DNA of 64,000 bases from a virus (lineage: Duplodnaviria; Caudoviricetes), in IMG/VR virus record IMGVR_UViG_3300020050_009209, one strand, 5' to 3'. A model generated the notes under the pieces. The model was not told the origin of the DNA. It saw only the letters and a list, made by a program, of their open reading frames with translations, and made no database searches. Position numbers and translations under genes: made by a program. Positions 51,470 to 60,901 of this stretch are shown here, in pieces. Positions within the stretch are counted from its first letter, which is position 1. Every line of letters begins with the position of its first letter.

Positions 51470-51689
51470 GGTTACTGCCTAGGTTGCTCTTTCTGCTCCG
51501 AACGTGAGGAGACCCTCTCTGAGAAGCGAGAGCGTACCCGTAGGGAGGATACAGCCCTTCGAGCACAAGGCCTCCCTACCTTCAAAGTGAAGATGAGGGA
51601 GTTCTTCAGGATAAGTCCAGAACGCCCCTCAACGTAAGGTACTGTATGGGAGCTAAGAGCTTCCATCCTCATCTAACTACTGAGTAACC
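51470..51689 (+). ncRNA. unassigned multi-stem RNA
   Basis: GGTTACT/AGTAACC closing pair; GTAGGGAGG/CCTCCCTAC; AGATGAGG/CCTCATCT. Confidence 0.45.
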
Positions 51690-51690
51690 C

Positions 51691-51864
51691 ATGTTCAAGC
51701 TCGTCCTACGCCCACGATTCGACTCAGATAACTCCTACACTAGCGATGTCACCTTCTCCCAGACCGAGGACGGTCACCTTATGATCGACTTGGGCGATCG
51801 AAGGATTGAGATAGACAAGGACGACATTAGCAAGCTCAGAAAATTGCTTGACTTGAGTCAATAG
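51691..51864 (+). CDS. 57-aa protein (absent from ORF track)
   Basis: MFKLVLRPRFDSDNSY... Confidence 0.55.
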   Translation: MFKLVLRPRFDSDNSYTSDVTFSQTEDGHLMIDLGDRRIEIDKDDISKLRKLLDLSQ

Positions 51865-53983
51865 TCCTTAAGGGTTAGCCCTGAGCGTACGTAGTAGAGT
51901 GTGGGTCACCTGAGACGTGACCCCTCTAAAACCGCGTGATTATCTTTTCGATTACCGGTAAGAGCCCAAAACCGCGTATTCAGTTAGCGTATGGTCATGG
52001 TGCGGCGGTAAACCCCAAACTAAAAGACTATCCAAGACAGACTAGACTACCCAAGACCCACCCCTCTTCAACGACCAAAAATCCCTTTCCTACAGCAACG
52101 ACCAGGGTCAGAAAATTTCTAGGGGAAATTTTTTGAGGGTCCAGAAAACTCAAAGAGCATGGCAACGAGTTTCCGATTCACTGCAACTGCAAATCGAAAT
52201 GGTATGGGGGCCAAGAACCCTGGGGTATACAACCCCTGCACCTGCCACCCGATACAGTGGGGGGCTAAGAAGGCAGCCCGTCGAGCCCGGAGACGAATCT
52301 CCAAGCAAGTCATCCTAGAGGGACTGAAGAACCAATGAACCTACGAATCGTACGTTACCACCTCTTGAGGGGGGAACGAGAACTCGACCAAGGGGCGGCC
52401 GAGGTTTCGGTTGACATGCGAACTGGGGCCACCAACCTGACGTTCGGATGGGACAAGAGCACTCTCTACGTTTGGGCTCTAGAGGACAGCCGGACCCTGC
52501 TGAGGAACCGTAGGTTTAGGGTCATCTTCTGCCGAAGCACGACAGCGCAAGAGTTCCAGGTGGGGAACCCCGATATGCCCGATACGCTCTCCACCGATCG
52601 GGAGGTAGGGGAGTTCCTTGGGTTTGCCGACCGATTCGCTTTAAGCCCATGGAAGGACTACTTCCTGTATGGTCGAGCCTACATCTTCGAGGTCCAATGA
52701 AAACCGACCGCGACAAGTTGGACGAACGACTGGATGAGGCTCACTACGTGAGTTGCCCGCAAGACTTCAAGGGGGACTTGCTACGAGCTTACGAAGTAGC
52801 TGACAACCCCAAGGCTGAGGCAGCGTTTTTCATCGCGTGCCATCATATGGCTTTGTTGGGAGGGCACAAGGACGTAGCCGTGCTCTTTGCGGATCTTGTG
52901 ACCCTGATTAAGTGACCCTATGCCGAACTCTGACCTCGACAAGTTGAAGGAACGGATAGACGAGACGGGCCTTTACGTTAAGCCTAGGCTGTTGCAGTGT
53001 TTGGATTGCCAACAGATAGGAGAGCTGTACATGCTAGAGCACTCGGTATGGCTTGAGGCCATACCGGACTATCGAGAGTTCATCCGGCATGGCTTCAATC
53101 ACATATACCTGTGTTTGCAGTGTGTGCAAGTGCGTCTTGGTCGTAAGCTTACGCTATCAGACTTCATGGATGCGCGAGCCAATGAGCTACTGTTCTTCGG
53201 CTACGAGCTGGCAAGTGGGGTTTCAAAGACATGACTACTTGGAAGACGACATGGTTGGCCAGGCTACACGTTCGGTTCCGTAAGTGGTTGCTGCCGAGGC
53301 TGCACCATCCCATCTGCCCCTTGCACCGGTACGAGTTCATCCGGATGCTAGAGCTATTCCACCATCGTAAGCCGCACACGCGATCAAAGATTCTAGTTAA
53401 GTCTCTCCCCACACAACCCGTAGGAGTTAGCATGCAAATGAACATGAACATGAAGGGCACCTTGGTCTTCATGCGAGACCTGGAGGAGGACGGGTACTTC
53501 CTCTGCTTCTGGGAGGGCAATAAGGTCTTCCGAGAGTTTCGCGTCACCCGAGCAGACGAGTTTCGATTTCTCCTTCAGGAGTGGGACACCTGGGAAACGG
53601 TGGAAGCTGCCCCTACCACCATTCAGGAGGCTGAGAGAGTGGCACAAGCGATTTACGCGGTCACTAAGCCTTGGGAGGGGTTTAACCAGTGAGCTTCGAG
53701 CCAGGCTACTACTGGGTCAAAGGTCATGGTGTCTGTAAGTACTCCCATGCCACTGGAGGGCTAGCTTACAACACTGGGGAGCCTACTCACGTTGTGAACC
53801 CCTACCAGTTCGATTCAAACAAATTTGAAGGGAACCTCTACGTCGACTCTACGGACATTACCAGACCAGCGTCTGAAAAAGAAGCCAAGTCGTACAAGGC
53901 AGCAGTTCGGAGAAAGCTCACTTCCTCAGGCGTGAAAAGAAAAACTAGTTAAGGCCGTTACCCCAAAGGACGTAGGTCTCTAC

Positions 53984-54097
53984 ATGAACTACGATGACTG
54001 GAAAGCGACGGACCCCCGAGACACTGACCGCGACTATGACCTCGAAGGAGAGGAAGACCACTTCGAGATCGAAAAAGACTACTCTGGTGAAGACTGA
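53984..54097 (+). CDS. 37-aa highly acidic peptide (absent from ORF track)
   Basis: MNYDDWKATDPRDTDRDYDLEGEEDHFEIEKDYSGED; class I motif 13 nt upstream. Confidence 0.65.
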   Translation: MNYDDWKATDPRDTDRDYDLEGEEDHFEIEKDYSGED

Positions 54098-54202
54098 TTC
54101 CGTGTGACCGTGTACTCCTGGGATACCCAACAGGTGACGGCTCTGCCTTAGGGAGCGTTAACAACGTCTATTCAACCAACCCGGCACGGGTGTAGAGTAT
54201 TG

Positions 54203-54603
54203 GGTAAGTGCTGACACCTCGGAAAGACGGGGAAATTTCTTAACTCCTACTGGCGAGACACGTTAAGTGTCGGGACACGCGTGGCTTGGAATCGTTCCAG
54301 TCACGGAACCAACGTAGGAGCTGTAGTCAACTTAGCAAGGCAGTCCATTCTCCGGAATAAATCTCCGGACGCGTCTGCCCCAAGTAGGGTGGCGAAGGGT
54401 AAAGCCGAGAGGCGAGCAAAACCCATGCCCCGAATTTGCTGCGGGGCGCTTTTCTTACTTTGAGAGTTGAAATGCACATCCGTGACTGGGTTGTCGTAAC
54501 CTGAGGGCCTCATCCTTCCTCTAGCCTCGGCAATTCGGAGCACACCCCCAGGCCTGATGAACCTGGAAGGTTCGGTTCAAACCCGAAGTGTAAGGGGACG
54601 CCA
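54203..54603 (+). ncRNA. ~400-nt structured RNA ending in a tRNA-like domain with CCA
   Basis: GGTGTAG motif upstream; nested stems; T-arm TTCGG-TTCAAAC-CCGAA; 3' GCCA. Confidence 0.55.
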
Positions 54604-54685
54604 ACGCCCACGTCATGTGTTAGGGTCACGAGTGTGCTTTTCAACTTTCAATAGATCTAGAAGCCAATCAACGCACGAGAAACAT

Positions 54686-55234
54686 ATGAAACTCATTGGG
54701 TGGAAGAAATCCGTAACGACAGAGCAGCGACGTCGTATTGTGGTGGAGGTCATCACGCGCTCCCCCGTGAATGGGTACGACGGTGCCACAGTGACGCATG
54801 AGGATCTTACGCAGGAAGACTGGGAGAAGGTGATGGCGGAAGTCTCATCCGAGAACACATCGCTGTCAGAGGAAGTGAGTGCGTGGAAAAAAAGTTGGGA
54901 CAAGGTACGCCAAGAGCTGCGGGACGCCAACAACACGTCCCAGCACCTGGCAGCAAGCATTCTGAAAATACACCAGGAGATCGACCCAGTCACTGTTGAC
55001 AACTTGTGGGAGGGCTCTGGTAGGGTAGACCGCATCGTGAGCCTTATACGGAAAATGCGGAAGTTCCAGTTCCCAACCATAGCCAGAGAGGACCTGGACA
55101 GCATCACTGACAAGGTGTACTCCACGGAATTCGACACTCCTACTCTGCCATCAAAATCCATAAAGAATGTGGTAGTAAACATCGTTGCGATCGTTCTCGA
55201 CCGAGCACACCCCCAAGGACTGGAGAGTAAGTGA
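54686..55234 (+). CDS. hypothetical coiled-coil protein
   Basis: Start MKLIGWKK. Confidence 0.6.
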   Translation: MKLIGWKKSVTTEQRRRIVVEVITRSPVNGYDGATVTHEDLTQEDWEKVMAEVSSENTSLSEEVSAWKKSWDKVRQELRDANNTSQHLAASILKIHQEIDPVTVDNLWEGSGRVDRIVSLIRKMRKFQFPTIAREDLDSITDKVYSTEFDTPTLPSKSIKNVVVNIVAIVLDRAHPQGLESK

Positions 55235-55255
55235 GCCTGGGATCGAACGGACATG

Positions 55256-55382
55256 CCCTTTTCTTCCTAGGTCTGGAAGCCAAGCGGTCTAGTTCAACGA
55301 GACTGATCCTCTCTGTGAGCTAGGACGTGGGGTCAACGCACGGGAAAACCTAGCCCTGCTTCCAGACCTAGGAAGAAAAGGG
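55256..55382. repeat. perfect 25-bp inverted repeat enclosing two hairpins
   Basis: CCCTTTTCTTCCTAGGTCTGGAAGC ... GCTTCCAGACCTAGGAAGAAAAGGG. Confidence 0.9.
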
Positions 55383-55417
55383 TTAAGCCTAGACCCCTCA
55401 ATCACGTAGGTCTTTAC

Positions 55418-55619
55418 ATGGAGAGGTTGGCCACCTCAACCAGACACCTCTAGCGTATGGACTCGGTCCTACCTGAGAGGTTAACCTTGTAGCGATGAAA
55501 GAGAGCCCAAGTCAATGAATATAATCGTGCGGAGGGAGTCCGCTGTTAGAGAGTAAGTAGCCCTCCTGATCAGTGGGTACACTCTCGGGGTAGAGTTCCA
55601 AACGGAACTCTACCTTTTT
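55418..55619 (+). ncRNA. candidate ~200-nt sRNA
   Basis: Class I promoter, only an 11-codon ORF, then intrinsic terminator. Confidence 0.55.
55589..55619 (+). terminator. intrinsic terminator
   Basis: GGTAGAGTTCC-aaac-GGAACTCTACC-TTTTT. Confidence 0.85.
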
Positions 55620-55695
55620 GGCGTTGAGAGTGGGAAATCAAGTAACTTTGAGTATTGTAGTTAAAGCCTCCTCTTCCCCGTACGTAGGTCTCTAC

Positions 55696-55938
55696 ATGAG
55701 CACCGCAAACTACCTCGCTCTCTGGCAAGCTGGAAACAACGAGGGGGACGGTTACGACCCTGACTTTGGAGGCGATGACGTCCATGCAGCTGCCGCAGGT
55801 TACGAGGGAGAGGGAGCCACCGTGCTCCACTGGTCGACCACGGACGATGACGTGACGGTTCTGGACTACTACGGCGTACTGATCGCCATTGGGGATGCTC
55901 ACGGTCCTTGGGCGGTCACGATTGACCGGGGTATCTGA
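55696..55938 (+). CDS. small acidic protein
   Basis: Class I motif 13 nt upstream. Confidence 0.7.
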   Translation: MSTANYLALWQAGNNEGDGYDPDFGGDDVHAAAAGYEGEGATVLHWSTTDDDVTVLDYYGVLIAIGDAHGPWAVTIDRGI

Positions 55939-56593
55939 AATTTAGGCTTCCTCGTAAAACCTGATGGCGTAAAGTATGCAACCTACTTCTTCGATTCTGG
56001 GCTCTGCTGCAAGTCATAAAACAGATCTCATGAGGGTTACTCAGGAGAACATCACTCGTCTTGAAGCTGCCCTTGTTGCTGGGTGGGACGTAAGAGAAGA
56101 ACTAGCTCTGGAACGCAGACGCCTTGAGGCGTACTCAAAGGAATGACGATGCTGCAACTTAAGAAGTATGTCCTACCTAACTTTGGGGTAAGCTCGATTG
56201 AGCTACCTCGTGGAGCTACTGTCGTACACATTACTTTTGAAGGTACTAAGGCATTTGAATTTCCAGCTCTTTGGGTGCTGGAAAGCGTTCGTCCTAGAGC
56301 TGCCCTTGAGGGGTCTCTTGAAGAGAGAACGTTCAGGGCAGTGGAGACCCAAACCTACGGCCCTGACGTCTCTGATAGTTGGGAGGTTGCCCCTAACACA
56401 GTGGAAAAGTACCTTGGAGCATGCCCTGTCCTGAGAACAGACCCATGGGGTAAAGTTTACATGTGTGGCTCATTCCACGTTTTTGAGATAGTGACGCCCT
56501 TAGGTGGGTAGACCCAGCCTGAGCCACACAGAAAGCTTCGTCAGTGGGGTGGTTTGAGTTAAACTTCCTAGGCAACTCTTCGTAGGTACAGAC

Positions 56594-56854
56594 ATGAACA
56601 CCTCCTCTAAGGTTACGGTTGGCTCCTCGGTCAAAATCCTCAAGGGCTGTAGGGCTAGGAACATCTCCAAGGGGTCTGCCAAGATCCATGATGTGGTTGA
56701 GCTGGGAGCGGAGTACGGTGGAGGAGTTCGCGTTCTCCTCTCCTACAAGGGTCGACTTATCGCGTTCTACGCGAGACACACCAACCGGTTGGGGGACCCT
56801 GAGGTTAACCTCAACGATGGAAACCCCCTCCACAACATCAAGATCTCCCTCTAA
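56594..56854 (+). CDS. small hypothetical protein
   Basis: Class I motif 13 nt upstream. Confidence 0.7.
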   Translation: MNTSSKVTVGSSVKILKGCRARNISKGSAKIHDVVELGAEYGGGVRVLLSYKGRLIAFYARHTNRLGDPEVNLNDGNPLHNIKISL

Positions 56855-57701
56855 GGAAACGATGAGTCCCCTTACAAATGAAGAGCTTCGCGAAGTGTAC
56901 CTCTCGGGGTTCGTGAAGTCCGCGCAGGACGTAACCTCTCAGGAGGACCCGCGTAGTGCAGGATTCCGAGCCTTGTTTGAGTACGGTCGAACTTACAACT
57001 CCACCACTTCGGCTCCAGGACCTGTGGAAGTCAAACTAAGTATCACCCCTGGGGTCGCCCGTGTAAACGCAGCACACCTAGCTTACACGGCCCCCAACAT
57101 CGTGTGCATCGATATTGACATGCACTCCAAGTATGCCGTCAGTGACGGTGGCGAGGATGGGGACCAGGACTTTGCGCCAGCGATCTACATTGAGGCGGAC
57201 GAGAGAACCCTCCATAAGCATACCAGATTCAAGAGGGATACTCGGGTAGCCTTCCCGGAGTTCAAGGGCTGGAAGGTTTACCTCCAGAGTTGTTGTCGCT
57301 ACACATGCCGGGTAGTTCTGGTTCGAGTAACTGAGGGGACTTAGAGCATGGCACTCAAGCAGAGAACAGAAGTAGTTCACATAGTGGACTACTTCGACCT
57401 AGATGCGTTCATCGAGGAAGCTTGCGGGATTGAAATCGAGTGCCAGCAGATCGAGTGTTGGGGTAATAACACCCAGCATCGGTTCGTTGCGAAGCCCCTT
57501 AGAAGCTACGAGAAGGAGTTGTGGGAGGAGATTAAAACTACCAAGGTGGTCAAGGACTACAGCCTCCGTACGATTTTGAACGGCCTCTGCACTGAAGGTA
57601 AGTTAGAGGAGGGCGTGTACCTCATCATGGTCTGCTGGTAAATTACTGCGAAGGGTATGAAACCAGTTAAGAGCCACTCTCAAGAAAACGTAGGTCTCAG
57701 T

Positions 57702-57926
57702 ATGAGCAATCGTAAAGACTCCCAAGGCTTCGATACGAAGGTGACCTTTCTGGGAAAGGGTTACGGGGTTCGAGTTCTCCGAAACGGTAAAGTCGTGTCG
57801 GAAGCTACGACACCTACAAAACTTCAAATCGGTTCGACCATCAAAGACATGCTCCGCATGATCGACAAGTGCGGGAACCCAAGCGAGATGGCTAGCTCCT
57901 CTCGCGACCGCAGAAAGACTGCTTGA
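57702..57926 (+). CDS. small basic protein
   Basis: Class I motif 13 nt upstream. Confidence 0.7.
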   Translation: MSNRKDSQGFDTKVTFLGKGYGVRVLRNGKVVSEATTPTKLQIGSTIKDMLRMIDKCGNPSEMASSSRDRRKTA

Positions 57927-58636
57927 TGCTCTTTAGAGATATCCCACCATTCACTAGGTCATCCAGCTACATGGTCAACGTGGGGCTGGATTACCTGTCT
58001 GCTCACTACGCTCGGTACGTTGTACATTACGGGCTCGACGTGAACCCAGACTTCCAGCGTAACTACGTCTGGACTCCGGAGCAGAAGACTCGATTCGTTG
58101 AGTATTTTCTCCGAGGTGGTACGTCTGGGTTGGACATCTACGTGAACTCCCCAACGTTCCACGGTGGGAACTTGGGTCCAGAACACCCTGAGTCCTGGTG
58201 TGTTCTCGTGGACGGCAAGCAACGTCTGGACGCGGCCCTTGGGTTCCTCAACAACGAGGTCCCTGTTTTTGACGGACACTATTTCCGAGACTTCACGGAC
58301 AAGCCAAGGTTCACTCAGTGCAACTTTCGCTGGCATGTCAATGACTTGAAGACTCGCGAGGAGTGTCTTCAGTGGTACCTAGACCTCAACTCTGGTGGGA
58401 CGGTCCACCAGCCTGAGGAGCTAGACAAGGTACGAGAGCTTCTGGCTAAGAATGAGCCGTACGCTAAGCCGTCTCACGAAACCATCCTAAGTCAGTCTCG
58501 ACTCGACCGTCCATCGGTCCAGGAAGAGGTCCAACTGATTGCTGTAGAGCAGGAGAAGTACCGCCTCACGGCTGAAACGCGAAAGCAGAGCCCACCTCCC
58601 ATCAAAAAGAAGGGGCGCTCAAGGGGCGCCAGGTGA
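57923..58636 (+). CDS. DUF262 (GmrS/ParB-like) protein, intact paralogue
   Basis: PDFQRNYVW, VDGKQRL, LNSGG. Confidence 0.8.
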   Translation: MMLFRDIPPFTRSSSYMVNVGLDYLSAHYARYVVHYGLDVNPDFQRNYVWTPEQKTRFVEYFLRGGTSGLDIYVNSPTFHGGNLGPEHPESWCVLVDGKQRLDAALGFLNNEVPVFDGHYFRDFTDKPRFTQCNFRWHVNDLKTREECLQWYLDLNSGGTVHQPEELDKVRELLAKNEPYAKPSHETILSQSRLDRPSVQEEVQLIAVEQEKYRLTAETRKQSPPPIKKKGRSRGAR

Positions 58637-58874
58637 GGATTTAAGTTAAGTCTCCCTCCGCTATCTACGTAGGGTCTAACATGAGAGTTAAAAACCAAGT
58701 CGTCGAGTGCGAGTTGACAGAGGAAGACATGGCTGTTCTGAGGGACATGGCATTCGAGTTCAAACGACGAGCCTGGAGGCTTCTCAAGAACTCAAACCCT
58801 GACTTGAGTGGGACGGCTACCGAGTCGGTAGCCACGCACCTGTGTAACGACCTGATCAAAGAGGTTCAATTCCG

Positions 58875-59462
58875 ATGAGTCACCATAGTAATCAAAGAGT
58901 AGTTATGCTCCCCCCTACCGTCTCATTTCACCCAAACTTTCTGAGAGACCCTGGGGCGGTATTTGATACCCTCCGGGGTGCATCAGCTTGGGAGCAGAAG
59001 AGTGTTCGAATCTATGGGAGGCACATCCCTCAGCCTCGCTTGATCGCGTGGTACGGGGACCCTGGCACCTCATACACGTACTCAGGGCTCAGGGTAGACC
59101 CCAACCCATGGTTCCCTGCCCTAGCCTCTCTGAAGGACGAGGTTGAACGAACTACGGGAGCCACCTTCAACTCGGTTCTCCTCAACCTGTACCGTAACGG
59201 GTCGGATTCTATTGCGTGGCATGCAGACGATGAACCGGAACTTGGCTCGGATCCGACGATCGCCTCTGTAAGTCTTGGAGCTACACGTAAGTTTCAGCTC
59301 AAACACAACCTGACGAAGCAGGCCTTCAGTGTAGACCTAACCTCAGGAAGTCTCCTCGTGATGGCTGGGAGCGTCCAGGAGAGCTACAAACACGCGGTTT
59401 TGAAAACGACCCGTCCTGTTGGAGAGCGGATTAACCTGACGTTTCGGCGAATTTTCAGTTAA
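58875..59462 (+). CDS. alkB: AlkB-family 2OG-Fe(II) dioxygenase (ALKBH2/3-like)
   Basis: PRL.AWYGD, N..L.N.YR.G.D...WHADDE, H.V, RINLTFR. Confidence 0.88.
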   Translation: MSHHSNQRVVMLPPTVSFHPNFLRDPGAVFDTLRGASAWEQKSVRIYGRHIPQPRLIAWYGDPGTSYTYSGLRVDPNPWFPALASLKDEVERTTGATFNSVLLNLYRNGSDSIAWHADDEPELGSDPTIASVSLGATRKFQLKHNLTKQAFSVDLTSGSLLVMAGSVQESYKHAVLKTTRPVGERINLTFRRIFS

Positions 59463-59500
59463 GTCTCCCGCAAGGAGTGCCGTAGGTACTCTCGGAGGCA

Positions 59501-59719
59501 ATGAAAATGTCAGACTATCGAAAGTGGATCAAGAAGGTGGTGGCGCTTGTGAGTAAGCTCGGCTGGAAGGTCGACCAGAAGAACCACTACAAGTTCAAGT
59601 CCCCGAACGGAGGCACGACCGTGATCGCGCCTTGCACCCCCAGTAGTTACAACGCCATGTGGACGGTTCGGAGAGATTTCCGTAAGGCCGGACTCGAATT
59701 GGATATGAGCAGCCTCTAG
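59501..59719 (+). CDS. HicA-like small protein
   Basis: LGW.V...NHYKF.SP.G...V..P.TPS; no HicB partner nearby. Confidence 0.6.
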   Translation: MKMSDYRKWIKKVVALVSKLGWKVDQKNHYKFKSPNGGTTVIAPCTPSSYNAMWTVRRDFRKAGLELDMSSL

Positions 59720-59725
59720 TTACTC

Positions 59726-59798
59726 GGGACCTTAGCTCAGTTGGTAGAGCTGCGGACTTTTAATCCGTAGGTCGTGGGTTCAAGTCCCACAGGTCCCA
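59726..59798 (+). tRNA. tRNA-Lys(UUU)
   Basis: Full cloverleaf GGGACCT/AGGTCCC; anticodon loop CTTTTAA; no encoded CCA. Confidence 0.95.
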
Positions 59799-59943
59799 CA
59801 AACTGGATACTAACGTAGCGAAGGTGCCTAAGTTAGGACTCCAGCGAGGAGTTACCCGTTCCCACGTAGATAGAGTGCCTCACCCTTCCCCCACTGGACT
59901 TGTGAAGCCCAACCGGATGGTCAATGAGGTACTTAAACGGTAG

Positions 59944-59983
59944 AGAGGGAGGTTAGGATGCAGCTAACCTCCCTCTTGTTTTT
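59944..59983 (+). terminator. intrinsic terminator
   Basis: AGAGGGAGGTTAG-N7-CTAACCTCCCTCT-TGTTTTT. Confidence 0.8.
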
Positions 59984-60200
59984 CTCTAGGGTGTGGAACC
60001 GAGGTGTAGTGTGTCTACTGTAAACGATGTTACCGGTACTGACCATGACGGGCTCTGCGAGGAGTGCGATGCACCCTTGACGCACGAGAATCTCATTGAG
60101 AGCAGCCTGGGTTTCTACTGTTCCGAGACATGCAAGGCTACGGCAGAGGACTACCCCTACGCCCCTTACCGCGAGGACTTCCACGCAGATTGAATGCAGC

Positions 60201-60518
60201 ATGTCAAAAAAGAACGTGAGGCAGAAGTTCAGGGACTTGGTCTTCACTCGGGACAAGCATGTTTGCCGGGTCTGTAAGGCCGTAGGTGGTGAGCTAGATG
60301 CGCACCACATTACAGATCGCAACCTGATGCCGGGTGGGGGCTATGTACCGGGGAACGGAATTTCCCTGTGCAAAGATTGCCACTTAAAGGCAGAGCACTT
60401 CCACTCGACAGGTACGAGCTTGCCAGGGTTTTCTCCAGAGGACCTGTACCAACTAATCGGTTCAAGTTATGCCGAAGCTCTTCGAGATTTAAGCACCTCT
60501 CTGGTTAAGCCGCACTAG
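60201..60518 (+). CDS. HNH endonuclease
   Basis: RD.H.CRVC; AHHI; N.ISLC..CH. Confidence 0.8.
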   Translation: MSKKNVRQKFRDLVFTRDKHVCRVCKAVGGELDAHHITDRNLMPGGGYVPGNGISLCKDCHLKAEHFHSTGTSLPGFSPEDLYQLIGSSYAEALRDLSTSLVKPH

Positions 60519-60538
60519 CAGAATCCGTAAGGCTTTAC

Positions 60539-60901
60539 ATGACCGACTACAACCTATCTAAGATCGATCAACTCTTCGTGTCCGGTTTGGAAGCCCACAT
60601 CGAGATGATGAAAGCTACTCCTGGTGAGGATGGCGTTACGCGTCAACTCGAAGCTCAAGCTCTTTTGCAGACGTTCAAGACCTTGGGGGCAACCCTAATC
60701 TTGCGGGTTGTACACGATGCACTAGCTGCGTCTACTGGGGAGCAAGAACAAACCATTGGTCTTGACTCGGCTTCCGTGGATTGGCACTTGAACCAACTCG
60801 TCACAAGTCTGGGTCGGGCACGAACAATTACCTCGAACTTGAGTCGACGCACTGCTAGTGAACTCCAGGGTATTCAGGCAAAATGGTCGAGCATTCTATG
60901 A
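60539..60901 (+). CDS. hypothetical protein
   Basis: Class I motif 13 nt upstream. Confidence 0.7.
   Translation: MTDYNLSKIDQLFVSGLEAHIEMMKATPGEDGVTRQLEAQALLQTFKTLGATLILRVVHDALAASTGEQEQTIGLDSASVDWHLNQLVTSLGRARTITSNLSRRTASELQGIQAKWSSIL

Noticed and set aside
54553-54590. CTGATGA as a hammerhead ribozyme core
   Set aside because: No GAAA after stem II and no matching stems I/III
54203-54603. tmRNA or RNase P RNA
   Set aside because: No Ala-type acceptor with G3-U70, no tag ORF, no RNase P conserved-region sequences
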